A DNA stretch of 64,000 nucleotides. Origin: Bacteroidota bacterium (GTDB lineage Bacteria; Bacteroidota; Bacteroidia; Bacteroidales; CG2-30-32-10). The notes below the pieces were generated by a model that ran no database searches, was not told the origin of the DNA, and saw only the letters and a list, made by a program, of their open reading frames with translations. Below are positions 8,998 to 17,874 of this stretch, piece after piece (positions within the stretch are counted from its first letter, which is position 1; each line of letters begins with the position of its first letter). The stretch covers positions 7,325-71,324 of the forward strand of contig JACAAW010000003.1 of the NCBI GenBank assembly GCA_013377115.1. Direction: 5' to 3'. The position numbers and the translations under genes are program-made.

Positions 8998-10158
8998 TTA
9001 TTTTTTAATCTTCAGAAAACATTTCACTGGATAATGGTCAGAAAGCTCAATTTTATCTGTTTCGAATCCTGTGGATTTAAATTTCTTGGAATGTAAAATG
9101 TAATCAATTCGGAATGACGGATACTTCCCCAAATAGGTTTGTCCAAAACCACTTCCACTTTCAATAAAGGAATCTGTTAGTCCACTTGAAATTTGCTGAT
9201 AGGCAAAAGAGGAAGGCGAATCATTAAAATCTCCACAAAGAATAATTGGATAAGGACAGTTTTTTATGTGTTTGGCAACAAGCAATGCCTGCGGGCCACG
9301 CTTTACGTAAGCGGCTTTCAATCGACTTAAAATTCTTTTTGAACTTGCCTTTAATTTATCACTTGGAATATTTTTTTTATTCAAACTTTCTTCAAAAATA
9401 TAATCTTCGGCACTTAATCTTATCGATTCTAAATGCACATTATAAACTCTAATCGTGTCGTTTTTATATTTGATATCTGTGAAAATACATACATTTCCAG
9501 TGCTGGTTTCAAATGGAATTTTTCCTCTATTGATAATTGGATATTCACTAAAAGTAGCAACTCCCCAATACTTTCCATTTTTCTTTGCAGTGCTTTCCCT
9601 GTGAAATTCCTTTGCATTAAGTATTTCTGATAGGGTATCAGAAGTGTTGAAATCATTATTGTCATCCCAATAAAATTCCTGAAAACAAACAATATTAGGT
9701 TTTTCCGTACATAAATAATCAAATATTTTGTTTCGTTTTGTGAAAGTATAATGCCATGTTTTCGTGTAATTGTATAAATCAAAATTCCTGACATTGTAAG
9801 AAAGGACTTTCATGAATTCCGAATTGGGTTTTTCCTGTTTGAATATTCTAAATTGAACAAAACGACCAATCATATTAAACCCAATTAAAATTGCAATGAA
9901 GGACAACAGGAATATCCTTTTTTTATTTAAAGCCCAAACTATCGTGAAGAAAATATTAACGACCAGCAATAATGGATAAATTAGTCCGAAAAATGCCAAA
10001 GTCCATGAACTTGCGGGGTTGATATGGGAAGCCAAATAGGAAAGAAGTAAAGCTAAAACAGCAATAATATTTAGAAAAATAAATATTTTGCTAAAAAACG
10101 ATGACTTTTTTATTGGTTTTGTTTGCTTTTCAGTCAATTTCTGAGAATTATAAAGCAA
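8998..10158 (-). CDS. Membrane-anchored endonuclease/exonuclease/phosphatase (EEP) family protein
   Basis: Four N-terminal TM helices. EEP motifs follow: 'KVLSYNVRNF', 'VCFQEF', 'VYNVHLES', 'ILCGDFN' and C-terminal 'SDHYPV'. Confidence 0.8.
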   Translation of the reverse strand: MLYNSQKLTEKQTKPIKKSSFFSKIFIFLNIIAVLALLLSYLASHINPASSWTLAFFGLIYPLLLVVNIFFTIVWALNKKRIFLLSFIAILIGFNMIGRFVQFRIFKQEKPNSEFMKVLSYNVRNFDLYNYTKTWHYTFTKRNKIFDYLCTEKPNIVCFQEFYWDDNNDFNTSDTLSEILNAKEFHRESTAKKNGKYWGVATFSEYPIINRGKIPFETSTGNVCIFTDIKYKNDTIRVYNVHLESIRLSAEDYIFEESLNKKNIPSDKLKASSKRILSRLKAAYVKRGPQALLVAKHIKNCPYPIILCGDFNDSPSSFAYQQISSGLTDSFIESGSGFGQTYLGKYPSFRIDYILHSKKFKSTGFETDKIELSDHYPVKCFLKIKK

Positions 10159-10222
10159 ATTTAATTAAATTTTCAAATTGAAGCGAAAATAAAAAGCTGT
10201 TGAAAACAGAAGCTGGAGTGAA

Positions 10223-11143
10223 TTATTTTTTGTCACTCATTTTAAAGAGCAGCTCTTTTTCTTCTTTTGATAAACTTTCGTAACCTGATTTCGAAATTTT
10301 ATCTAAAATGATATCAATCTTTTTTTGCTTCTCTGCTCTTTGTTTATTATATTCATCATCAGATTGCGCACGTTTGTTGGTTGTATATTTAACTTTTAAT
10401 TTGGATTTTGGTTTGAAAATACTTGTGATAAAAACCAAAATAATATTGAACCATTTGTACATGTCAATTTTATTTTTCAATAAAGTAATGTAAGTATATC
10501 CCCAAAATGCACCACCTAAATGTGCTAAATGTCCGCCAGGATTACTTTTTTCAATACTCAATAAATCAATCAATACCAGAAAGATTGCAATGTATTTGAA
10601 CTTTAACTTCCCAACAAACATAAATTGAATTGTGTAATTTGGAATGTATGTTGCAATCGCTACAAGTATCGCCAGAACAGATGCCGAGGCTCCCAAAGCA
10701 AAAGCGCAATTTGCATTTGGAACAAAAACTGGGAAAAAATTAAATGCAAGAATAAAAAAAATGGCCCCAAATATTCCCCCAATAAAATAAGTGCTGATTA
10801 ATTTTTTTGAATTCAGAAATTGAGTGAATAAAATCCCAGCAAAATAAAGGGTAAACATATTAAAGAATATGTGAAAAAAATCTTCATGAAGAAACATGTA
10901 AGTAATAATCGTCCATGGTCTTTCTGCTAAATGAAGATAATCTGCGGGAACGGAAAGCCAATAGGTAACACCAAAAACTTTCAAACCACACAATTCAACA
11001 ATAAAAGGAGATTGGTAAAGATATGCAACTAGTTTTATTAGGGTTAATAAAATAAATACTGCAAAATTTACCAATATAAGTATTGATAAAGCTGAGCGTG
11101 ATTTGAAAAATGCTGAAAAGTTTTGCAAAAAAGGATTGTACAT
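10223..11143 (-). CDS. Rhomboid-family intramembrane serine protease (paralog 2) with charged C-terminal tail
   Basis: 'HEDFFHIFFNMF', catalytic 'GASASV' and 'GGHLAHLGGAFWG'. An extra C-terminal helix reads 'IDIILDKISKSGYESLSKEEKELLF'. Confidence 0.85.
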   Translation of the reverse strand: MYNPFLQNFSAFFKSRSALSILILVNFAVFILLTLIKLVAYLYQSPFIVELCGLKVFGVTYWLSVPADYLHLAERPWTIITYMFLHEDFFHIFFNMFTLYFAGILFTQFLNSKKLISTYFIGGIFGAIFFILAFNFFPVFVPNANCAFALGASASVLAILVAIATYIPNYTIQFMFVGKLKFKYIAIFLVLIDLLSIEKSNPGGHLAHLGGAFWGYTYITLLKNKIDMYKWFNIILVFITSIFKPKSKLKVKYTTNKRAQSDDEYNKQRAEKQKKIDIILDKISKSGYESLSKEEKELLFKMSDKK

Positions 11144-11170
11144 TTATTTTGTTAGTTAATTTTTGATAGC

Positions 11171-11205
11171 GAGACTACAAAAGTTTTTAAAACTTTTGTA
11201 GTCTC
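11171..11205. repeat. Near-perfect 35-nt palindrome (17-bp arms) between the two rhomboid genes
   Basis: GAGACTACAAAAGTTTT-t-AAAACTTTTGTAGTCTC. No T-run follows on the transcribed (minus) strand. Confidence 0.7.
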
Positions 11206-11219
11206 TGAGCTGACCGAAT

Positions 11220-12050
11220 TTAAAAATATTTTCCCTTTATTTTTTTGTTCCAATAAATGATCAAGAAAAACCCAAATAACATCCCACCTAAATGAGCAAA
11301 ATGCGCAACATTATCGTTTGGGTTATTTGCAAAGCCAGAGTAAAGTTCCATCGCACCATAAAAAATAACAAACCATTTTGCTTTTACTGGTATTGCAAAG
11401 TAAACGTAAATTAAAGAATTTGGGAACATCATTCCAAATGCAAGTAGGATTCCGAAAACTGCGCCAGATGCTCCAACAGTAGGCACGTTTACTTTTAAAT
11501 TTATTAAATCATTGATGTATGCATTCGATTGGTTAATCATTCCGATATCTTTTGGATGCAAATTATACTCAGTTATAAAAGATTGAAGTTGGGGATAAAT
11601 TGACTCAAAATGATCACGGACAAAGCCAGCAAATGCCGCTGGATTTGGTGAATTGATATAAGCTTCAGCCGCATTTTGGATTGGAGTAATGTCAATATAT
11701 GCTACTAATGTTTGGATTAATGCCGCACCAACTCCAGTTATTAAATAATAAATCAAAAATCTCTTTGGTCCCCAAACATTTTCAAGAACATTCCCAAACA
11801 TCCAAACAGCAAACATATTGAAAAAAATATGTCCAAAACCGCCATGCATAAACATGTACGTCACAAACTGGTATGGTCTAAAATGTTCTGATTGAAAATA
11901 ATGTAATCCAAAATATTGTGTAATATCAATCTGAAATGCTGATTCAATTCCCATTGTAGCTAAGAAAAACAAGCCATTTATTATGAGAATGTTTTTTACA
12001 ACAACAGGCAAAATTCCAAATCCGGTGGGTCTATATTGGTTGTTATTCAT
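11220..12050 (-). CDS. Rhomboid-family intramembrane serine protease (paralog 1)
   Basis: 'HGGFGHIFFNMF', catalytic 'GASGAVFG' and 'HFAHLGGMLFG'. The ATG overlaps the mutL stop by 8 nt (ATGAATAA). Confidence 0.85.
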   Translation of the reverse strand: MNNNQYRPTGFGILPVVVKNILIINGLFFLATMGIESAFQIDITQYFGLHYFQSEHFRPYQFVTYMFMHGGFGHIFFNMFAVWMFGNVLENVWGPKRFLIYYLITGVGAALIQTLVAYIDITPIQNAAEAYINSPNPAAFAGFVRDHFESIYPQLQSFITEYNLHPKDIGMINQSNAYINDLINLKVNVPTVGASGAVFGILLAFGMMFPNSLIYVYFAIPVKAKWFVIFYGAMELYSGFANNPNDNVAHFAHLGGMLFGFFLIIYWNKKIKGKYF

Positions 12051-13905
12051 GATTTTTCATTTTTAATTTGTTTTCAATTTCATCCAATGTAATTACCGAA
12101 AGGGTCGACTTTCCTTCGATTGTGGTATAAGGAATTTTACAAGCAAAAAGTTCATCAATTAAATGATTCATTTCCTCTATTTTCAAAACCCTTTGAATTT
12201 TTACTGCCAAATTTTTTGCCATTAATTTTGCAACAGCATTTTTTTTATCTGCTTTGGTAAATTGATCAAACTCTTTATAATCGTCAATTACTTCTTCAAT
12301 GAAACTCTGCAAATTAATATCATTCGCATCGCTTGGCGTTCCATTAATTACAAATGTATTGTTGCCGAAATCACTGATATCAAATCCAATTTTATTTAAA
12401 TCGTATAATAATTCTTTTAGGATTTCACTATCCTTTGCGCCAAATTCCAATTGCTGAGGAAAAAGTAATTGTTGAGTATAGGAATGGTTATTTCCGCCCA
12501 TTTCATAATACTTTTCAAATAAAATTCTTTCTTGAGCGGCTTGCTGATCAATAATCATCATTCCTGATTTGATTTGAGAAATAATATATTTTCCATGCAA
12601 TTGAAAGAATCCTTTACTATTAGATTCTTCAGCTTTTTCATTCCAAAGTGAAATGGGCTGATTTTCTTCTTTTTGCTCAAATTGTTTGGATAAATTTACT
12701 TTCGAAATATCTTCATCCTGTGGAAATAATTTCTCCCAATGATCTTTATTAGTAGCTTGTTGAAGGAATTTATTATCGTTTTTAGGAATTGATTTCGTTT
12801 CAAACGGATTGAAGTTTTTATTAACGGCAATTTCTGGCTGTTTTGGAATATAACCTTTTGGAACTGACGAGAATTTTATGCTGGTTTCCTCAGTAAAATC
12901 AATTGTTGGAGCGATATTAAATTTCCCGATAGATTGTCGCACCGAAGCTCGTAATATCGAATAAATTATTTTTTCGTCGAGTAATTTAACTTCTGTTTTA
13001 GTGGGGTGAATATTGATGTCAATATTTTTCGGATCAACTTCCATGAAAATAAAATAGGAGGGAAAGGCTCCAGCAGGAAGTGTTTCTTCAAAAGCATTGG
13101 CAACAGCGTGGTTCAAATAGGCGTGTTTAATAAATCTGCCATTCACAAAAAAGTATTGCTCACCTCTCGACTTCTTAGCAAATTCAGGATTTCCAACAAA
13201 ACCATTTATTTTGATAATGTCAGTTTCCTGTTCAACAGGTAATAGTCTTTGGTTGTATAAATTGCCGAAAAGAGCGACAATTCTTTGCTTGAATCCCGAA
13301 CTTTCTAATTGAAAAATTTGAGAGTCGTTATTATAAAATGAAAAAGAAATATTATGGTAAGCCAATGCCACACGATTGAATTCTTCAAGGATGTGGCTAT
13401 ATTCCACATTATTTGATTTCAAGAAATTTCGTCGTGCTGGAACATTGAAAAATAAATTTTTTATTGAAATTGAAGTTCCATTGCTTGTTTGACAGGCGGT
13501 TTGATTCGTTAATACACTTCCTTCAATATTGATTTCTGTTCCAATTTCATCCTCAACTCTTTTTGTTTTCAGTTCTAATTGTGCAATAGAAGCTATTGAC
13601 GCAAGTGCCTCACCTCTAAAACCCATGGTTCTAATTGAAAATAAATCATCAGCGTTTGAAATTTTAGAAGTTGCATGTCTTTCAAAACTCATTCTGGCAT
13701 CAGTTTCCGACATTCCACAACCATTGTCAATCACCTGAATCAGAGTTTTGCCAGCTTCTTTAATAATAAGTTTAATTGAAGATGCACCTGAATCTATTGC
13801 GTTTTCGAGCAATTCTTTAACTGCAGAAGCTGGCCGTTGAATTACTTCACCAGCGGCAATTTGATTTGCTACAGAATCGGGCAATAATCTTATTATATCA
13901 GGCAT
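12043..13905 (-). CDS. mutL: DNA mismatch repair protein MutL
   Basis: N-terminal GHKL ATPase motifs: 'IAAGEVIQRPASAVKELLENAIDSGA', 'DNGCGM' and 'TMGFRGEALASI'. The length is typical and a C-terminal dimerisation region is present. Confidence 0.95.
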   Translation of the reverse strand: MPDIIRLLPDSVANQIAAGEVIQRPASAVKELLENAIDSGASSIKLIIKEAGKTLIQVIDNGCGMSETDARMSFERHATSKISNADDLFSIRTMGFRGEALASIASIAQLELKTKRVEDEIGTEINIEGSVLTNQTACQTSNGTSISIKNLFFNVPARRNFLKSNNVEYSHILEEFNRVALAYHNISFSFYNNDSQIFQLESSGFKQRIVALFGNLYNQRLLPVEQETDIIKINGFVGNPEFAKKSRGEQYFFVNGRFIKHAYLNHAVANAFEETLPAGAFPSYFIFMEVDPKNIDINIHPTKTEVKLLDEKIIYSILRASVRQSIGKFNIAPTIDFTEETSIKFSSVPKGYIPKQPEIAVNKNFNPFETKSIPKNDNKFLQQATNKDHWEKLFPQDEDISKVNLSKQFEQKEENQPISLWNEKAEESNSKGFFQLHGKYIISQIKSGMMIIDQQAAQERILFEKYYEMGGNNHSYTQQLLFPQQLEFGAKDSEILKELLYDLNKIGFDISDFGNNTFVINGTPSDANDINLQSFIEEVIDDYKEFDQFTKADKKNAVAKLMAKNLAVKIQRVLKIEEMNHLIDELFACKIPYTTIEGKSTLSVITLDEIENKLKMKNHE

Positions 13906-13925
13906 TCCTTTTTTTTTACGAACTG

Positions 13926-13933
13926 CAAAGTTA
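13926..13933 (-). promoter_or_regulatory. -7 box (TAACTTTG) for the mutL operon
   Basis: Exact TAnnTTTG on the minus strand, 20 nt upstream of the mutL ATG. Confidence 0.45.
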
Positions 13934-14036
13934 TCAATAATTCTAAAATTATTTTAGGAATAATTCTGCTATCTAAAATTACTTTGATAAAAAATGTTAA
14001 TTTTTTTGAAATCAATGATTATCTAAATTTGTTTTC

Positions 14037-14044
14037 TAATTTTG
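14037..14044 (+). promoter_or_regulatory. -7 box (TAATTTTG) for the lipoprotein/radical SAM pair
   Basis: Exact TAnnTTTG, 22 nt upstream of the ATG at 14067. Confidence 0.4.
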
Positions 14045-14066
14045 CTTTGTCTTTAACACCATTTAA

Positions 14067-14480
14067 ATGAAAAAATATTTATTTTTTTACCTCATTATTT
14101 CAGCTCTGTTTTTTTCTTCATGTCAGAATAAACCAAAAAATAATAATGATCTGATTGTGAATACTTGGGAATGTTATAAAACCGAAATCGATCCCGCATC
14201 CACAACCAGTGAAGATGTTGCCAAAGATTTAAAATTTGCAATTTCAAAATCTAAAAATGAAGTTTTAACTTTTAATAAAAATGGTACTTTTAAATCAATA
14301 AAAGGAGCAAGTGAATCTGAAGGCAAATATTCTTTTTCAAAAGACAATAAATCTTTAATACTTCATTATTCTTTTGGGAACCAATCTCGCTATACCATAT
14401 TGACACTTGATAAAGAATTTCTAAAATTGAAATTTGAATTTGGAGTTCCTATCATTTCCTATTATTCTGTAAAAAAATAA
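14067..14480 (+). CDS. Small lipoprotein, lipocalin-like, function unknown
   Basis: Lipobox 'LFFSSC'. 'WECYK...' and 'LTLDKEFLKLKF' resemble lipocalin-like domain proteins. The functional call is weak. Confidence 0.5.
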   Translation: MKKYLFFYLIISALFFSSCQNKPKNNNDLIVNTWECYKTEIDPASTTSEDVAKDLKFAISKSKNEVLTFNKNGTFKSIKGASESEGKYSFSKDNKSLILHYSFGNQSRYTILTLDKEFLKLKFEFGVPIISYYSVKK

Positions 14481-14484
14481 TTTT

Positions 14485-15423
14485 TTGAGACCAGATTTTT
14501 TTGAAATTTCGAGTTTAACCAATTGCAAAATCTGTCCGCGGAATTGTGGGGCTGATAGAAGTTCAAAAAAACTTGGTTATTGCAATTCCGATGCTTCATT
14601 TAATATCTCTTCAATTTGTATTCATAAAGGTGAAGAGCCAATAATAAGCGGTTCAGAAGGGATTTGTAATGTCTTTTTCTCGAGATGCAATTTGCAATGT
14701 GTTTTTTGTCAGAATTTCCAGATTTCGAAGAATAATGAAGATGTGATTAATCACCAAATTTCTTTGGAGGAAATTGTAAACAGAATAAAAGTTCATCTTG
14801 ATAATGGTTGCAAGAGTGTTGGTTTTGTATCGCCATCACATTTTATTCCACAAATGGTTGCGATTATTGATGAACTGAATAAACTCGCAGTAAAGCCAAT
14901 AATTGTATACAATACTAATGCTTACGATAAAGTTGAAACCATAAAAGCATTGGAAGGAATGGTAGATGTTTATCTTCCCGATTTTAAATATTTCTATAAT
15001 GAATTGGCGAAGGAATATTCTGATGCTATTGATTATCCAGAGATTTCGAAAGCAGCAATAAAAGAAATGTTTCGTCAAAAAGGAGCTACCATTTTAAAAG
15101 ATGAAAATGGAATTGCCGAATCGGGTTTAATTATTCGCCATTTAGTTTTACCCGGAAATGTAGAAAACAGTATCAAAATTCTAAATTGGATTGCTGACAA
15201 TCTTTCAACCACCGTTCATATTTCATTGATGTCACAATATTTCCCAACCGAAAATGTGAAGAGTCATAATATATTAAATCAGCGGATTTCAGAAACCGAA
15301 TATCAATCAGTTGTTAAAGAAATGGAAAATTTAGGTTTTTATCGTGGCTGGATTCAAGAATTAGAAAGCGCATCAACGTACCAGCCTGACTTTTTAAAGA
15401 ATCATCCTTTTGATTTCTTTTAA
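14485..15423 (+). CDS. Radical SAM protein (PflX/PflA-like activase family)
   Basis: CxxxCxxC cluster 'CNLQCVFCQN' plus an N-terminal 'CKICPRNCG' motif. The start codon is TTG, 4 nt after the upstream gene. Confidence 0.8.
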   Translation: MRPDFFEISSLTNCKICPRNCGADRSSKKLGYCNSDASFNISSICIHKGEEPIISGSEGICNVFFSRCNLQCVFCQNFQISKNNEDVINHQISLEEIVNRIKVHLDNGCKSVGFVSPSHFIPQMVAIIDELNKLAVKPIIVYNTNAYDKVETIKALEGMVDVYLPDFKYFYNELAKEYSDAIDYPEISKAAIKEMFRQKGATILKDENGIAESGLIIRHLVLPGNVENSIKILNWIADNLSTTVHISLMSQYFPTENVKSHNILNQRISETEYQSVVKEMENLGFYRGWIQELESASTYQPDFLKNHPFDFF

Positions 15424-15435
15424 GCTTTTCAAAAC

Positions 15436-15525
15436 CGTCATTGCGAATCAGACATCTGGCTGATGAAGCAATCTTATTAATGGATTTTGTCAATTTGAGA
15501 TTGCTTCGTTGCACTCGCAATGACG
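15436..15525. repeat. Compound REP-like palindromic element at a convergent gene junction
   Basis: Outer arms CGTCATTGCGA (15436-15446) / TCGCAATGACG (15515-15525). Inner arms GAAGCAATCT (15465-15474) / AGATTGCTTC (15498-15507). A mini-hairpin ATCAG...CTGAT lies between them. 'AGATTGCTTCGTT.C.CTCGCAATGACG' resembles a dispersed Bacteroidota intergenic repeat I recall from other genomes. Confidence 0.6.
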
Positions 15526-15546
15526 CTTTTAGTGCATGAAAGATAA

Positions 15547-17874
15547 CTATTTCTTCATGTCACTCAAAATATTCTCAATCGAAAGCAAAATCACCTCGTT
15601 CGTTGCTGGTAATGAAAAATCAGGTTCAATTTTATGATTTCCAACTGCTGAGATCGCATCTTTAATTGCCAACCAAACAGAAAAGGCCAGCATCAAAGGT
15701 GGTTCGCCAATAGCTTTGCTTTGTCTTATCGTATTTGGATTTGGTGCATCTTTCAATAATTCAACATTGAAAATTTCGGGAATATCATTTGCTGAAGGAA
15801 TTTTATAGGTGTCTGGTGAATGGTTTAGCAAATTTCCTTCTTTATCATATTTTAATTCTTCAGTGGTACACCAACCTAAGCCTTGAACAAATCCACCTTC
15901 AATTTGACCCAAGTCAATGCGTTCATTGATGGATTTTCCAGCATCGTGAATTATATCTGTTCTAATGATTTTTTGGTAACCTGTTAAAATATCAATAATT
16001 ACTTCTGAAACTGACATTCCATAAGCAAAATAGTGAAATGGTTTCCCTTTTCCAGTCGCTCTGTCGAAAAAGATTTCTGGTGTTTTGTAAAATCCAGTTG
16101 CGCTCAAACTAACTTGTCCAAAATAGGATTTCATTACAGCATCTTCAAAGGAAATTTTCCTTTCAGGATTTTTAGAATCTAATATTTGGTCGTTTTCAAA
16201 AATAATATCCTCAATTTTTGAAATAACTTTTGCATTTTGTGAATTGAAATCTGCTAAAACTATTTCGGCGATTCTTAATTTCAATTTTTTCATGGCATTT
16301 TTTACCGCCATTCCATTGATGTCAGTTCCAGATGAAGCCGCTGTGGGCGAAGTATTCGGAACTTTTGAAGTATTTGTTGATGCAATACTTATTTTTTCAA
16401 TATTAATACCTAATTCTGCCGCAGCAATTTGTTTTATTTTTGTATGCAAACCTTGTCCCATTTCTGTTCCGCCATGGTTGACTTGAACAGAACCATCTTT
16501 GTAAATATGAACCAAGGCTCCAGCTTGATTTAAAAACGCGGTTGTAAAGGAAATGCCAAATTTTACAGGAGTAATTGCAAGACCCTTTTTGAAAAACTCA
16601 TTTTCTGAATTAAATGAATCAACTTCTTTTCTGCGTTTTAAATATTCTGATTTTATTAAAATTTGCTCGTGGATTTTTTGAAGTTGATTGTATTCAATCA
16701 ATTGTCCATAAGGGGTCGTATTGTTTTTATTTATTCCATAATAATTGATGAAACGAATTTCGGCTGCATCTTTTTTCAATGCTCTGGCAATTCTATCAAT
16801 AATGGTTTCTATTGCTGCCATTCCTTGTGGACCGCCAAAACCTCTGAAAGCCGTATTTGAAGGCAGATTTGTTTTGAATGCTTTTCCAATAATTTTCATA
16901 TTGGGCACAAAATAGCTATTATCAGCATGAAGCATTGATCTTTCCAAAATGGACATTGACAAGTCGGTTGCTGATCCGGCATCACTATTCAATTCAACGA
17001 TTACGGAATCTATTTTTCCGTTGTTCTCATAACTGGCTTTATAATCGATGATAAAGCGATGACGTTTTCCTGTAATTTTCTGATCATCATCTCTAAATAA
17101 ATGAATTTTTACAGGCCTTTTTGTATGATTTGCAAGTAATGCACTCCAGCATGCAACATGATTGGCTTGAGTTTCCTTGCCTCCAAATGCGCCACCCATT
17201 CTTTTAACTTCAACCACAACATCTTTACTTTGAATTCCCAATACTTCAGCAACTAAAATTTGAGTTTCTGTCGGATTTTGTGATGAGCTATGAACAATAA
17301 TTTCATTGTTTTCGCCAGTGATTGCCAGACTGCTTTGAGTTTCTAAATACCAATGTTCTTGTCCACCAACATAAAGTCTACCTTCAATTTTGTTTTTTGA
17401 TTTAGAGAAAGTCACTTCAGCTTGTCCAACTTCAATCTTTCTTTCTGGTGCAATTAAATTGTTCTTTTTTATAGCTGTTTCTAAATCAACAATAGCATCA
17501 AGTTTCTCGTATTCAATTGTAATTAATTTTTCCGCTTCAATACAAATTTCTTCCGTTTCGGCTGCAATTAAAAATATTGCTTGACCAATAAAAATAACTT
17601 CATCTTCTGCCAAGCAAAGCTCGTCGTGAACGATAGGACCAAAATTGTTTTTACCAGGAATATCTTTATAAGTGAGAATTGCAGAAACTCCTTTTAGTTT
17701 TTTTGCTTCAGAAATATCATAACTGAGAATTTTTGCATGAGCATATTTACTGTAAACAACTCTTCCGATAAGAGTTTGTGTATTCGAAAGAATGTCGTTT
17801 ATAAAAACTGAATTACCAGTAACGTGGTTGATGGCATTTTCGTGGGCGATATTCTGGGATTGACTTTTGCTCAT
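15547..17874 (-). CDS. xdhB: Xanthine dehydrogenase, molybdopterin-binding subunit
   Basis: 'GGAFGGKE', 'AFRGFGGPQG', 'TEMGQG' and 'KAIGEPP' motifs. The ATG overlaps the xdhA stop (TAATG). Confidence 0.9.
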   Translation of the reverse strand: MSKSQSQNIAHENAINHVTGNSVFINDILSNTQTLIGRVVYSKYAHAKILSYDISEAKKLKGVSAILTYKDIPGKNNFGPIVHDELCLAEDEVIFIGQAIFLIAAETEEICIEAEKLITIEYEKLDAIVDLETAIKKNNLIAPERKIEVGQAEVTFSKSKNKIEGRLYVGGQEHWYLETQSSLAITGENNEIIVHSSSQNPTETQILVAEVLGIQSKDVVVEVKRMGGAFGGKETQANHVACWSALLANHTKRPVKIHLFRDDDQKITGKRHRFIIDYKASYENNGKIDSVIVELNSDAGSATDLSMSILERSMLHADNSYFVPNMKIIGKAFKTNLPSNTAFRGFGGPQGMAAIETIIDRIARALKKDAAEIRFINYYGINKNNTTPYGQLIEYNQLQKIHEQILIKSEYLKRRKEVDSFNSENEFFKKGLAITPVKFGISFTTAFLNQAGALVHIYKDGSVQVNHGGTEMGQGLHTKIKQIAAAELGINIEKISIASTNTSKVPNTSPTAASSGTDINGMAVKNAMKKLKLRIAEIVLADFNSQNAKVISKIEDIIFENDQILDSKNPERKISFEDAVMKSYFGQVSLSATGFYKTPEIFFDRATGKGKPFHYFAYGMSVSEVIIDILTGYQKIIRTDIIHDAGKSINERIDLGQIEGGFVQGLGWCTTEELKYDKEGNLLNHSPDTYKIPSANDIPEIFNVELLKDAPNPNTIRQSKAIGEPPLMLAFSVWLAIKDAISAVGNHKIEPDFSLPATNEVILLSIENILSDMKK

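Noticed and set aside
9429-9794. 121-aa ORF in an alternative minus-strand frame inside the EEP gene, plus similar nested ORFs in uvrB, mutL, xdhB and others
   Set aside because: They lie entirely inside longer ORFs that carry clear family motifs, and their composition is typical of off-frame AT-rich sequence.
15314-15520. 68-aa minus-strand ORF in the radical-SAM/xdhB junction
   Set aside because: It is a translation of the REP-like palindrome ('...IASSARCLIRNDG...') and overlaps the 3' end of the radical SAM gene.
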